Positions 24,301-35,808 of a stretch of 64,000 nucleotides of DNA are shown here, piece after piece (the stretch's first letter is position 1; each line of letters begins with the position of its first letter). The stretch comes from Pavona decussata (Eukaryota): NCBI GenBank assembly GCA_977016875.1, contig CDRNST010000090.1:1612001-1676000 (forward strand). The letters run 5' to 3'. Under the pieces are notes generated by a model. That model made no database searches. It was not told the origin of the DNA and saw only the letters and a program-made list of their open reading frames with translations. The position numbers were made by a program, and so were the translations under genes.

Positions 24301-26863
24301 AAGGGCTTCTGAATGAGACCACAAAATTGTAAACAGCCAGAGGTCTGGCTACTTATCCCAGGGCTGAAACTCTCACTAAGACATTGGCCTATTTTGGTTT
24401 TTTATTCTTTGACTTTCATTTGAAGCCGAAAACGAATGAAAAGGTTCTACACGCTTGTCAACAGGTGCTCTTAAAAGGCCACACATAATTTCAGACAAAA
24501 ATAACAAAATCTATGACCCAAGTTCAGAAAACCAAGCGGTAGCACCCAGTATCTTATGCAATTTTCTTTTTTAAATGCTGTTCCTGAGACAGAACTGAGA
24601 GTCTCTAAAGGGCTGCACTCATCTGGTTATGAGTATTCGTGTTTAAGCTAACCAAATGATCAACTGATCATTAGAAATGTAGGTAACTTACCCGAATTAT
24701 AGCGATCACTGCATGTGTACACTCCACCATGGTGACAACTACATCCATTGCTACACCAGCGATCATTTGTTACTACTGTATCTTTTACAGGGCTGCAGAA
24801 AAATATGCCGGCATAAGCAAAATGAAAAACACTGAAGATTAATTTCTGTAGTGTATGCACAGGATCAGAAGAGTGAGATCAGAAAATAGTTGGAGTGCAA
24901 CAGATTGATGCCCACCCATGCCTCCACATCAAACTATATATATGGATCCTCTTATATAGAACTTTGTTCAGGTAAACCTCTCAAATATTCCACTGGGGTA
25001 TATGCCTGTTATGATCTGATCTAACATTCCAAGTTTCTTCACACAATGGAAAGTGGAAATTAAAAGCTCAAGTAGTGCTCCTTTCCCTTCACTTTGCCTT
25101 CACACAAGAGCGCCTCACTTTTTTCCTCTCAGTTCTGTAACTAGGCTTGATTTCCGCTGCATCCTCGGGTCTGGCTTTCCTCCCCTTCGGGGGCGAGAGG
25201 TGTGGGCTCATTTCCGAACAGCAGTTGGTAATCAAGCCTATTCTGGAACTTCTCTTTAGCTCACTGTTTAATTGCCATTAGCATAACCTGGTGAGTGACT
25301 AAAAGGGAAATTCACAAATTACCCGATTAGCTATACAAGGCCATATATTTTCAATTGACTGCCCTGGCTAGAAATAAACCATTTCAACCAAATTTCCTTG
25401 TTGAATAGATTGCTCACTGGAAGGCACTTCATTTGTTTCTACCAACTTTGATAATTGGCTTAGCGCTTGATCAGCTGATAGAAACTCATGTTTGCTGCCT
25501 AATTTGATTGTCTATAAGTCACCTTTCATTGAAAAGCCAAGCAAGGAACTCTTTGCTTGTCCAGTAAGTGTCTGGTCCTACTGCTCCATCAGACCACAGG
25601 TACTCTGGCTTGTAGGTATTAACCAATTCATGCAGCTCAGGAAGAAGCACTCCCTGAAAATTAGTGAGTCAAAAAACTTCTTTCCAAATAATCATTATGA
25701 TAGTTTACATGGATCGTGTTCTTATGATCCTAGACTTAGCCAGTCAGCCCCATAATTTGTGTTTTTGTAAATCATGAATTGGGAAATTGTAAAATATTGT
25801 GCTATTTTTACCTCACCCCCTCATTTTTGGCTCAACTAGCTCAACATTTTTTACTTCCATGATTAATAATGCAGGCAAAACAATTTGAGCTACTTAAATT
25901 TATGGAACAGTTTACTGCCACTTTCCATATGGCTCCCAATAATCACCCACTGTTGTAAATTCAGCCAGAAAAAAACTCTGCAATCATGTAGAAACAGTCA
26001 CTTCTGTCATCACTCACTTTGTAGTTGGTGGTGATCTTGCAGTCATGATCAGATGCAGAAGATGAAACCATGCTTATTCATATCAGTGAGTGACACAATC
26101 GTACCTTGACATAATCTTGTGTCTGGTAGTTGCTAGCTTGATCCTTTAAGTAAAGAGGATTGAACCATTCAAAGAGTGAGTGATATAATCCAAATGTGAT
26201 GTTTGTATTCTTTCGAATGGCTTGGGCAAGGTCACCTAAAAAAATTACACAAGATGTATTGTCAAAATTTTTGGATTTAAGAAATTACAATCCTGCTGAG
26301 CAAGATACCACTCCACCACTCTGACAAGACCTAATGCATTTAATCAGTTTTGGGGAGTTATTGACCAGCAAAGAATAAACCATCTAGGGAAGATTAGATG
26401 GGGAACCATGCAGTTAGCTATGTCTCAATCTACTTGATTGCTTCATATGTTGCTGGAATTAGAGAATATTACCTCGTGTTAATTTAGTAAGCAACAGTGT
26501 GGCTTGCAATATTAGTGAGCTTATGGAACAGTGTGTCTAAAGTATTAGAGTATGGCAAAATAGTGTCGTGTCACCTGCATGCATGATTACCTTTTCATTT
26601 AGCAAAGACGTCTTTCAGAACTATTCATACACTCTCATGAACAAAAATATGATAAATGTATGAGGTTATTAAATTCAATGGTTGGGGCAAAAAAAGAGGA
26701 TCTAACTTGCTTTCAAAATGTGGCATCATAAAATAATATTATAAATATAAGCCTACCAACAAGATCCCTGTGGGGTCCATTGTCAACAGAGTTCCAGTTC
26801 CATGATACGTTAGATCTCCAGTTTGTCCAACCTTCATGATGTTTACTGGTCAGGACTACGTAT
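17814..26863 (-). CDS. FUCA: Alpha-L-fucosidase (GH29), copy B, exons 2-8; exon 1 not found in window
   Basis: Exons 26863-26757, 26235-26105, 25653-25523, 24792-24692, 19906-19774, 19123-18953, 18057-17814. Lengths (107,131,131,101,133,171,244) equal those of copy A. Motifs [33 protein letters not shown]. Confidence 0.92.
20546..22150 (-). CDS. LINE ORF2 remnant: reverse transcriptase and C-terminal domain, endonuclease missing
   Basis: [37 protein letters not shown] motifs; frame is open upstream of the listed start to ~22150. Confidence 0.9.
   Translation of the reverse strand: MENVDTTYEEFICATDKEFVFEETSSAHIFSLLSKLCKSKATGLDNISAKLLRECPDLIADSLTYIFNQSLLTGIFPDEWKSARVTPLYKNSGKRNDPSNYRPISVIPVVAKIFERVVYDQLYHYLTENCILSQYQSGFRSLHSTVTALLEATDTWAMNIDRGFVNAVVFLDLKKAFDTVDHNILLTKLQFYGIRGLCHKWFTSYLSNRTQTCLMNSFMSTPKLVKCGVPQGTILGPLLFLLYINDLPNCLYFSQPRMYADDTSLTFASADLKHIDDCLNYDLNRVYTWLSANKLTLNLTKTEFMLVASRQKLSTFPEIPSFSINDHPMEQVSSTKSLGVHIDQNMNWECHIQNICKKIASALGAIKRIRHLIPFNILINVYDALVQPHFNYCSVVWGNCGSGLSEKLQKLQNRAARILMCANYDSNIDELFRALGWRKLKYQRLESAAIMMYKSLHGMTPEYLSSRFVSRNDVTSYRLRNTENKLALPQPRTNYLKKSFSYRGAGLWNSLSSDLRAATSLHNFKLNLRHHSFE
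22293..24008 (-). CDS. LINE ORF1: coiled coil plus SGNH/GDSL-like esterase domain (first ATG at 23939)
   Basis: [29 protein letters not shown] blocks typical of esterase-bearing CR1/L2 ORF1; heptad-rich central part. Confidence 0.88.
   Translation of the reverse strand: MRSCRHTLTKNSIVVANKQRENVMANGRAYACAENPFSESAISSASNEISLHLDRFLSFNQRKSRFSWNGSADELEQFLDARFVKGNEDGNEDGDCTSGKLKRSCNGSCVVLKLPCATFNFYLTTKTLQIQGSACGDIRKFLEDIVKNVPAAQTCNYDDKSEDSAESTESTNDFSPVNVTIDRQSAPGIQVLQPLTEDSEEEEPDMSLETRTNNVDTIEGCIHNCHCGELNAKLLEKIESLQINVNSLQNQFNSFTRDPSPDNSRIGDYEKKLCDLSRELDLAKSKNRQYADEMRIANEEKQCLLTSLRLLSKELKESTNNSQHELPNVDLIAENKSLQETITILNNDNHVLSAKLAELSDRHGNQAIETADFNNVNSKRKKKKNKGSNQDETKATADREPEIDTPTDTTVIVGDSIIKGLRRDLLSRAAKRRVTVRSFPGATVGDMKHYLQPSLQLKPSEIVLHVGTNDLKDHSSRVVAEQIVDLGNLISSSSPATKVTISALTQRYDEECLGKKVTDCNKVIKSFCNQNGWGFIKHPNIDETCVNNQKLHLNKKGIAILASNLVNHIVH
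24061..24360 (+). mobile_element. tRNA-derived SINE (Nin-domain-like centre), B-box deleted
   Basis: tRNA-like head with A-box TAGCTTAGTTGGTAGAGC followed by GAAGGTGCTGCCTTTG..ACATCTGCAAATGGTTAGA; family assignment is from memory. Confidence 0.6.
25142..25240. mobile_element. 99-bp MITE with TAG...CTA ends and 9-bp TSD (AcademH-like)
   Basis: TAGGCTTGATT...AATCAAGCCTA flanked by ttctgtaac / ttctggaac (8/9). Confidence 0.65.
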
Positions 26864-28805
26864 CTAGTTAAACAACAATCATTCAGTGCTTGTAACAATC
26901 AACACTACTAATATGTCAGAAGTACAAACATTTAGTATTAGTGTTACATAATTATAGCGTATTTTTAATGCGACATCCCTTTAACATTTCAATTTGTGAA
27001 ATTATGGGATTTGATGTAACATATCAAACACGAGACACAGTGTTCCATCACATGTCAAACACCGAGAAGAGAGTTGAAAATACGACGCGTAGCGGAGTAT
27101 TTTTGACAAACTTGGAGGTTTTTTATATATTGTGATGAAACACTGTGACGAGTGTTTGATATAACTTCTCAAAAAAACTGATTTTGAAGGAGAAATTAAG
27201 GATGCAAATACGAGGAGTTTTTCATCAGATATCCAAACACGTCACGGTGCATGATTTCCTTTGTCTTTGGCTTTTGAATTATTAATGAGTTTGAGAAGAG
27301 ATATTTATAAAGAGCAATTGATCATGATATCAATTCAGAACTGAGACAAAATTTGAAGGATTTATATGGAGTCACTGGAACATAAAAGTGCCAATATCTC
27401 AACAACAAGTAGGCATTTGACACCTGATGCTCCTTCAGAATATCTCATCTAAATTAACCCATAATTGAAGGAGTGCATGGAAAAAAGCCCTAAGTGACAC
27501 CTGATAGTCACTGCTAGATTATCCTAACAAATTGCCTTGTTTTACCTGCTATCAAAAAAGGAAAATTTAACATGAGATAAAGAATCACTTAAGGCTTTTT
27601 TCCACGCATCCTTTTAATTTCCCAAATTGTGTTTTTGTGATGTCATCCCTTCAGGAGTCTCTATACTGTAATACTGGTAATTACGTGACCAAGCTCAGCC
27701 AATGTAATTAGTCACATCTTATATTTAAAAGATTTTTGAAATGTCACCATTTCAGTTAATTAGGAAAACCTATTATTGAACTTTTCAAAAACTACACAAC
27801 TGTAAGCTCTGCCAGTACTTTGTTTGTACCATCTAAAGGTAAAAGAGAACAGCTGGTCATATGAAACAAAGTATAATTATGTATCAAACCAGTAGTGTTA
27901 AGTCAGCTTAAAACTAAAGATATGTTTGGACAACTAATTCAGTCTTTCTTTTCATTATATTTACTCTTTGTCTGTTTTGTTTTGTCTTCCTTTGGAATGG
28001 GGAGGGAGAGGGATCAGAGATTGAGCTATGTATTTTTTAACTAGAAAAGATCACCTTGCAATGGCCTTAAATAAATCCTTTTTATTGTCAAAGACAAATG
28101 TTTAGTCAAACAGAGGTGGAAAATGGTAAAATAACCTTATCAATGCAGTCGATAAAAACAAATATTCATTTTCACTCCCTCAATGACACAGCAGTCCACA
28201 GCCGCTTTCTTTTCTGTTTTTATTTTCTTTTAATTTTCGAGAAGTCCATTTTCAATAGCTGTTTTCATTTCCGGACAGAATTCACTGCTTCGTTAACCTT
28301 TAGTTGCTATGGTAGTTTACATCTTATGGATCTATCTCAGTTTTACATCTATAAAGCTACTGGTAACATCAGTGTAAAGTTCAGACAATATAATCTTAGA
28401 CGCTTTATACGAACACCGGTTTATAAGGACAACGAACACTTTTCAGTGAACCTTTTGACATGCTCTTATGTATATGTATCGCATGAGGCCAAGTAGAATT
28501 AAGGATTAATTTTCACGGGCTTTACATAGAGGGCAACATTTTCTTAAAACTAGCGAGCCACCTCGTAGTCAGCCCCGGCCTAGCGTGAAAACACTCAACG
28601 GTGAGCAAAACAAACAAACAAACAAACAAACAAACAATTCACCTGTTTCTTAGCATACAAAAAAGACAAAACGAGAAAAGTTGATTGTTATATAGGTGTA
28701 ATTAAGAGAAAATATAAGTTTAATTCATGAGCAAACTAAAAACAATTAAACCAAATGTCAGGCATCAACTGAATGACTTTTTTTCACCTGTACTGTGAAG
28801 CTTTC

Positions 28806-29175
28806 TAAAGCCGGCGACACACCTGGCGATTTTATACGCCGATCGCGGCGAATATGATCGCTAGCGAAAATTTCGCCCCCGATTAATGCGGACTCACCTG
28901 GCGATTTTTGTGGCCGATCGCGGCGATGTGGCAGTTTCGAAAAGTCATGTGATAAAATTGCCCAACCTGATGGGTTGACTTTACTGGCGATTCGTAGCAA
29001 TAAAAGTAGAAAATTGCGGGAACGGGTACACTTGGCAAATACTGGCGAATTTAATCGCCGATATCTGACATGCCAGATATCGGCGATTTTATACCCCGAT
29101 CGCGGCGATCGGCGAAAATCGCCAGGTGTGCCCGGTGCAGCGATTGTGGTTTTCCCCGATCGCCGCGATCGTGGG
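28806..29175. repeat. CpG-rich palindromic MITE-like element (copies ~37402-37780, ~45753-46135, ~59238-59615)
   Basis: CACACCTGGCGATTT versus AAATCGCCAGGTGTG inverted repeat, with multiple internal CGATCG(CGGCG) palindromes. Confidence 0.65.
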
Positions 29176-29264
29176 TCCAAAGAAGGAACTTGCAGAGTAA
29201 TTTCTTCCACTGAATTTGACCTGTTCCTTCCTCCCAAACAACCAAACAAATCCAACCAAGTTTT

Positions 29265-31191
29265 TAGGGTCGTAACGAGATATTTTTTTCCCGACTGATC
29301 CCACATTTTGGCCTTAAATTTTGATCCATGATTCCAAAATCTTCATGAATCTTTTTCCGTGATCCCGTGAGAATTAGTTGATCCCTGGGTTCAGCTCAAA
29401 CGCGGAATCTGGGTCGAACAAACGGCGTATAATTGTTGGTTGATTAAACCTGAATAAACTACAAAATGGGTAAATGAAGTGTCGCTTGAGTTTTTAAACT
29501 TAGTCCCAGCATTCACGAAATGGAGAATGACTGAATGACAGTTTGACTCCCGTTAGTTCTTCAAGTTATGATTTCGTATCGGCATAATAGGTTTTCTTTT
29601 ACTGGTTGACCAACTCAGTTCAGTTGCACATCTAGTCATAACTCATTATCTGCTTATCCTAATTGTACTGATCTGGTTTTTTTTTCTGGTTGGGTAACGC
29701 TGTGACATAATTGTAAGATCTTACGAGCTCACAGCTGAGATCGAATAAGCTTGAACTTTAAAACTGAATGGTGCCTGCAAAACGGCTTTAGACATAATTA
29801 GTGCGTGTAACGCACGATCGAGCTATGAATCCAGCATTCCGTTAGGTTCTTTATCAGAAACTTTAAGACTAGACGTTTCTCAAAATGAAGTCTTCTAATA
29901 TTATAAATCTTGCCATGAACTAATCGTCCGCACTTGTAAGAAGGAAAACGAGAGCACCATGAGGTCTCTTTGAAATAGATAATGGCTAATCTCGTACCCA
30001 GATCTCCCACGGTCGACATTCCCGAACCGACTGAGATCTGGGTACGAGATTAGATAATGGCTACCGAGGGGCTTGACCAACGATCTAGGAAACTACAGAA
30101 TCAGAATGATTAGATGGTACTTGCCGTACCAGAATGAGAAAATACGAATTTAATTGGGCAGAGAAAGGAAACTTGAAAAAGATTTTTTTTGTCTTTCTCG
30201 ATTGGCATCAATTTAATTTCAATGAGGGGTAAATTTGCTATCAAAATTTTGGATGGTTCCCTTGCCGCCTTGTCAGGCTTTATGCATTAAGTTTGGTCAC
30301 TCGGACGTCTCAGCTACCTTCTCCCTAGCACAATCAGAGCAAGCTTCGTTATTGGCTGTATCTTCTCTTAACACTTGTCACTTGTTATTCTCAGGAAAGT
30401 AATTTGTGTTGAGAGCTTGGAAATGAAACTTTTTTATGATATTATAAGAAGCTGTTAAAGGAGTGAGTTATGTTTAAGGCTAGCAAGAGACCATGAATGG
30501 TCTCTTGAGCTTGGTCAGAAATAAAAAAATACAATAGTAGTGTACAGTACCAAGTGCTATAACCAGTTCTTTGATAACAGGATTGTGTCTTAAAAAAGAC
30601 CTCGTCTTTCACTGTCGAAAGGGTATGCATATTTCTCTGCAAATGAAGACGTCTTTGTTAAATTTATTATTCAAAGGCCAAGCACCATCCTCGTGTGATA
30701 GATTTAGACAGAGGAAAAATGTTGGCAAAAGGCAATGTCCATTGTAAGTCCTTATTCAGCAGTCAAAGACCCAGACCAATTCGGTAGATAAGTCACTGCA
30801 GTTATGTATAGTTCCAACAAACTGAGTCAATCACAGCAGAGAGTCACTGATATATACTAAAAAAAGGGCAACATGGTATAAATATATTTAAGAATTCAGG
30901 AAAATATCCACGTTTTGTAGTCATGCTAGTCCAGCGGATCGTATTGCATACAGTTTAGAACCGGAACACAATGTTACCACAAAAATGCATTTGAATTTGT
31001 AAACGGTGGCAGTTCTTTCCGTCCAATTAAACTGAATTTTGTCATGTGATGATATTTGATTTTCTGTCGGAAAACTTGATCCCTGATCCCCCTGCAACAC
31101 TACTGATCCCGATCCCACGGCTTGTCTGATCCTAGATCCCACCCCATTTTTCCCTTTGATCTATGATCCCATATACCTCATTACGACCCTG
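29265..31191. mobile_element. ~1.9 kb non-autonomous TIR DNA element (P- or hAT-like); copies 37881-39724, 46232-48130, 59716-61790
   Basis: TAGGGTCGTAACGAGATAT versus ATACCTCATTACGACCCTG TIRs, GATCCC subterminal repeats at both ends, aagtttt/aagttta flanks. Confidence 0.7.
29987..30052. mobile_element. 66-bp hairpin MITE with 9-bp TSD (AcademH-like); copies near 38536, 46942, 60443
   Basis: Perfect 20-bp TIR TAATCTCGTACCCAGATCTC; GATAATGGC duplicated at 29978-29986 and 30053-30061. Confidence 0.8.
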
Positions 31192-31554
31192 AAGTTTAAG
31201 CTTTTGACACTTATAATCTCTTGCTGTTTCTTGTAAGAAACGAAAGTTCACCTTAAGGAATTTCCTTTGTAGCCGTAGCACTTGATTTCCCAGGTATTTG
31301 AGCCTGTGACCTATAGGAAACTTGTGGGAGCTAGACCATTAAACTAGGTTTATTATTGTTGGTAGTTGGGTAGGAATTTTGAAATATAGATTAAACGAAA
31401 TATGAATTAATTTTTCGTGCTAAACACATGCACTTGTCTTTTACACAGTTTTAATTGATGTTTAGCTAGTAAGGCATGTGGGTAACATCTATATCAGTAT
31501 ATATACATTCAGGTCATGTTTTTAATTCCTTCTTGTAAGATTTTACTCATTTTA

Positions 31555-32926
31555 GGTTGCGTTCGATTGACCGTATTCCGGAATAAGAAAAAGAATAAAT
31601 ATAAATTTGGGAACACATTTCTGCAAACGTTCGCTGACACATGATAATTTAAGAGCGATTTAATTTTGTACCTCAGTAACACCAAAAAGCTCTTATGACG
31701 GATTTCATGTAATCATTGTATCAGGGCCGTAGCCAGAAAAAAATAAGGACTGAGGCAAATGCATGGTTGAATTCCCCGCCTATAAATTTATGGTCTTTAT
31801 GATGATTACGTTTAAACAAAACACTGGGATCAAACCTTATTTGACAAAAATTCCGCTAAGAGCCCTTACCGCCATCTAGATCAAGAGATCGAGGTGACTT
31901 TTCTTGTGGGGGAGGGAGCTATTTAAACGCTACTTTAGGGGCTCTGTGTTCTTGTATGCGGCTGTTTAATGTGCTTGTTGGCGGTTTGTTTCTATAGGAA
32001 GGCCTTAGATAACAACGACCTAAACCAGGTTAGCCTGACCAGAGGTTTCGTGAAAAGAAGGGTTTATTGGGAGGGGGGGGGGGGGGGGGGTGCTCAGTCT
32101 CGCAGGTTCATAAAACCTGGTCTCGGCCGTTCTCATTTGAGGATTTTGGTTTCTATAAATTATGGCAACAAAGTTAGCTGTTAAATGCCAGCACGATTCG
32201 CCTCTGCCCACTAGCATGCCACCGCTGTAGAGGCTCGAGCGGGTCCACAGGGATTTCGCTGTGGACGTAGGCTAATGCAAGCCATTCACCCTGTTAGAGC
32301 CCATAGATAAACGGCACCTGGTCTTCAACCTGCAGAGAGCGCTTAAGCTGGGCTTGCACGAACAGCTTCCTGCACTTAGTGGCGCTGCCGCCTGTCCGGT
32401 TTTTGCCTCTACAACTTTTTTGCGACCATCTCCGGTGGCTTCTTCACTGACACCACCATCTCTACTAGATGGAATGAAAGACAAACTTGCTTCGCTGAAC
32501 ACTAGTAACGGCAAAACCTAGGTTAAATTTTGGTTCGATTATTGAGAAGAGCTGAAAGCATGTTATGAGAGTAACTACTTTCCGCTTTCTTTGAAAAAAG
32601 CTGTTGATAGAACGCTGCATTTTGATTGATTTTTCTCACTAAGATCAAAGAAGACAGAAGACTCGAGAAATGGCGGAAAAACACATGAAAACAAGGCAGT
32701 TTTCTTTGGGAAGTTGGCATGAATTTTTGCTCAATTTTTCTCACCCGTAATTCAGGGCACTGCCTGATTCGCATTATCATTTAACATAATATCATGTTGC
32801 GTTAACATTTTTTTACTTATTTAAGTTTGTCAACAATGACTGAGGCAAGTGCCTCGGTTTGCCTCATACTGGCTACGGCCCTGTGTATGTATCCTTATTC
32901 CGGAATACGGTCAATCGAACGCACCC
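31555..32926. mobile_element. PIF/Harbinger-type MITE (TTA TSD) ~340 bp upstream of the GPCR ATG; uninterrupted copies 41367-41571 and 49773-49977
   Basis: 33-bp TIR GGTTGCGTTCGATTGACCGTATTCCGGAATAAG with TTA on both sides. Confidence 0.8.
31722..32883. mobile_element. 1162-bp non-autonomous hAT-like element with 5-bp TSD, unique to unit 1
   Basis: Perfect 15-bp TIR CAGGGCCGTAGCCAG, TGTAT duplication, TGAGGCAA subterminal motifs; empty site near 41529. Confidence 0.85.
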
Positions 32927-33263
32927 TTAATCATTGTTATTGAACATCTTTGATATCACCATTTTATACGAATTGAATAGCCAGTTAATTAATGTTTCCT
33001 TCTTTTCTTCTACATCAACAACTCTGTTTTCTCCGCGCTTGTGTTTTTGACTCATTCTGATGTGAAAAATTTCTGAACCACGGCCTGCTCCATTTCAAAA
33101 AAGAAAAAAGCCATTTTAGAAAAGGAAGGAAGCCAGACTTTACTGCCCACTCAATAAAGCCGCAAGTTAGCAAATAAAAGGAGAAAAGCGTTAGGATCGC
33201 GAAGTTAAAAGTTAACTTTCGTGCATTGCCAGCTACTCTGTACCCCAAGAAAGTCAGGTTAGC

Positions 33264-34652
33264 ATGGACCCGAACGACGCCGAAGCAGCCACCAACTCCT
33301 CCATTGAAGCGTCAGAATTTTTCTGTTTGGGGTTTTTCGCTACATACATTACAGCGGGAGATGTGGTCGATAGTACACCTCTATGGATTGTTATTGGTTT
33401 GGTATGTCTTGCTTCTCCCACGATAGTGTTTTTAAACGCATTAGTGATTATAGCTTTGAGGCTAAGAAAAGAGCTGCAAAGACTTTCTTATGTTTTGTTA
33501 TTGAACATAGCCATCTCAGATCTTCTAATAGGTGCTGTATGCATGCCTTTGGCTGCCATTGTTGACTCATTTGTTGCCCGCCAAACGCTACCTGTACCAG
33601 AGTATGTTTGCGTATTAGAGATAGTGACCCTAATCTTGATGTATATTTTTTATTGGAGTTCTCTTCTCCTTGTGACATTGATTGCTTGGGAGAGGTATGT
33701 GGCGATACAAAAATGGAAAGAGTACAAGAGCATTGTTACTAAAAGCCGACTCAACAAACTAGCGATAATAGCTTGGGTGTCAGCCATATTTCTGGTTTTT
33801 CCAGATGTTATATTACTAACAGCAGTCAACGAGGACGATAGGCTCGTCTTTACCGACGCATGGTTTGTCGTAAGTGCTATTTTGACAGTTTGTGCCCTGG
33901 TTCTTATCGTTTATTTCTATGTCAAGGTGTACTTTGGAATTCGCAATCGTAAGCTAAGCCAAATTAGCCAGGTCACTTCTCTCATATCAGCAAAATTAAA
34001 GAAGAAAGTTGCAAAGATGACGGCCTTGGTGACAGCTGTCATGATAATCTCCTTACTTCCAGTAACAGTTCTGCTTTTGTTGAGTGGAGTTTTTCCAGTC
34101 CTTGGCAAAAGATGGGCTTTTAGATTGCCGGAGATTCAAATGCAGTGCAACTCGATAGCAAATCCACTAATTTACTGCTATGGAGATCGCCGCTTTAAGA
34201 AGGCTGTGTTGGAGCTCTTGAGAATCAGAAAACCAGGAACAAACCAACCCGCGCCAGTCGCTGGTGTCCGATTTGTCAGCCGAAAAGGACGGTTTGGTTC
34301 AGTGGAAAATGTTATGGAGCTGAAAGAAGAAGTAAATCTCATGCATTTTACCAGGCGAGCATCCTGTGATAAAGCCGTTGTCTTAGACTGTTCTCAACTG
34401 AAATCGGGCAATGCACAGCTGAATGCAGGTTTCAAAAGATCCTTATCGGCTCCGTCGCTCACTAAACTGTCATCAGCTGCTACCGGGAAAGATTCGCAGC
34501 CTGCTCGCTCACACATCGTAGAGTGCACTGCAATGATCCATTCTGAAAGGAAAGGACGAAAAAATTGCGAGCAAAAGGAATCCTGCGGAGTTACCCGAAG
34601 CTGTGAAGAGGGTGGCGGTACGGAAGGAATAGCGAAAGTTTCTGTTGACTGA
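33264..34652 (+). CDS. Intronless class A (rhodopsin-like) orphan GPCR, copy 1
   Basis: Seven hydrophobic segments; TM1 LNALVI, TM2 AISDLL, TM3 Cys and WERY, TM4 W, TM5 Y, TM7 NPLIY, helix 8 RRFKKA; N-terminal NSS sequon. Confidence 0.93.
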   Translation: MDPNDAEAATNSSIEASEFFCLGFFATYITAGDVVDSTPLWIVIGLVCLASPTIVFLNALVIIALRLRKELQRLSYVLLLNIAISDLLIGAVCMPLAAIVDSFVARQTLPVPEYVCVLEIVTLILMYIFYWSSLLLVTLIAWERYVAIQKWKEYKSIVTKSRLNKLAIIAWVSAIFLVFPDVILLTAVNEDDRLVFTDAWFVVSAILTVCALVLIVYFYVKVYFGIRNRKLSQISQVTSLISAKLKKKVAKMTALVTAVMIISLLPVTVLLLLSGVFPVLGKRWAFRLPEIQMQCNSIANPLIYCYGDRRFKKAVLELLRIRKPGTNQPAPVAGVRFVSRKGRFGSVENVMELKEEVNLMHFTRRASCDKAVVLDCSQLKSGNAQLNAGFKRSLSAPSLTKLSSAATGKDSQPARSHIVECTAMIHSERKGRKNCEQKESCGVTRSCEEGGGTEGIAKVSVD

Positions 34653-35808
34653 TTCAAGGGAAGATATCGAGGTGCTGCAAAACGAGAGAGACAAAAGGAA
34701 CATTCACTTAAAAAGATCGGCATCTTGCGATTTGGCTGTGGCTTATGTTACATTTCACAAAGTAAGGCAAAGATCCATGTCATCTCCATCACTCCTGTAA
34801 CAGATCGACAGAATTTTATTTTATTATTATTTTTTAACTTTTAATGGTCGCATTTGGAATGTAAACTTATTTCTCCTACAATAATGCGGCCTTCCTTAGA
34901 TAGCTCATTGATGATTCACTGTCATACTTTTGTGTGCAGCCTTGTACAAAATTATTCCCGTCTTAGGATAATGTTGCCAAAGTCTGCACTGATTGTACTT
35001 GAGTAAGCTATTGCAGTTCGTAAATTTTCAGCTATGAGATTGGATTTGTAAGATGTCATAGAAACGAAACAAAAGAATGCAAAACATATGCACTTGGGTG
35101 TTTTGTTGTAGAAAGCCGGGAAAGTTGTTGTTCCTGGTAAGGATTCCAAATTATTATTCAGCTTCAGTACATATACCGTAACATGGTTAAATTTCCTCAT
35201 GTTGGTCTTGGGTCTATCTCCTCTTCCTTAAAAACCACAAAAACCACAAGTAGCGCTACCGTAAAAGTTCGTGCGTCATCGTATTTGTGTCAAGACGAAG
35301 TAATCAGTGGAAGATTGTTATTTTGTTTGTTCTAATGAAAATAGGTAAGGAAAGCTAGGAAAGATGGCTTAAATAGTTGATTGATTTCCCGTTCACGGCT
35401 GCAAATACTATATAGTTTTTTGGGTTTGTGGTGCGTGTGGGAAGGATGCTAAAATTTTTGATATTTTAAGTCCGTTCTTGCAAATTGATAGAAAAAAAAA
35501 AAGAACAACAACAACAACAACAACAAAAGAAACAAAACAAAACAAAACAAAGGAAAAAAAACAGTGAATATTTTTTTTCTTCAAAATAGTTATTTGAATG
35601 AAAACATTTACGATGTAGCCTCCCATGCAGTGGTTTTAAGCGGAGTCGTATTACCTACAATCTTGGACAGAATAGTAAAAAGAGAAATTAAACAAAAACA
35701 ATGATAAATTCACGCAAAAATCAAAACGCGCCATTTTTCCGTCATTGAAATGCGCCGGCGGTTGGATGGTCTTAATTTATCATTTGAATTGTCCAAGATT
35801 GTCTCCTG

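Noticed and set aside
27415-27460. Possible remnant of fucosidase B exon 1 end (gagatattctgaaggagcatcag|gtg on minus)
   Set aside because: Similarity to the copy A exon 1 end is short and weak, contains a stop, and no upstream motifs are present.
28758-29306. Overlapping 100-180 aa ORFs on both strands (also 37428-37941, 45779-46292, 59264-59790)
   Set aside because: They arise from a GC-rich palindromic repeat, cross element boundaries and have frameshifts between copies.
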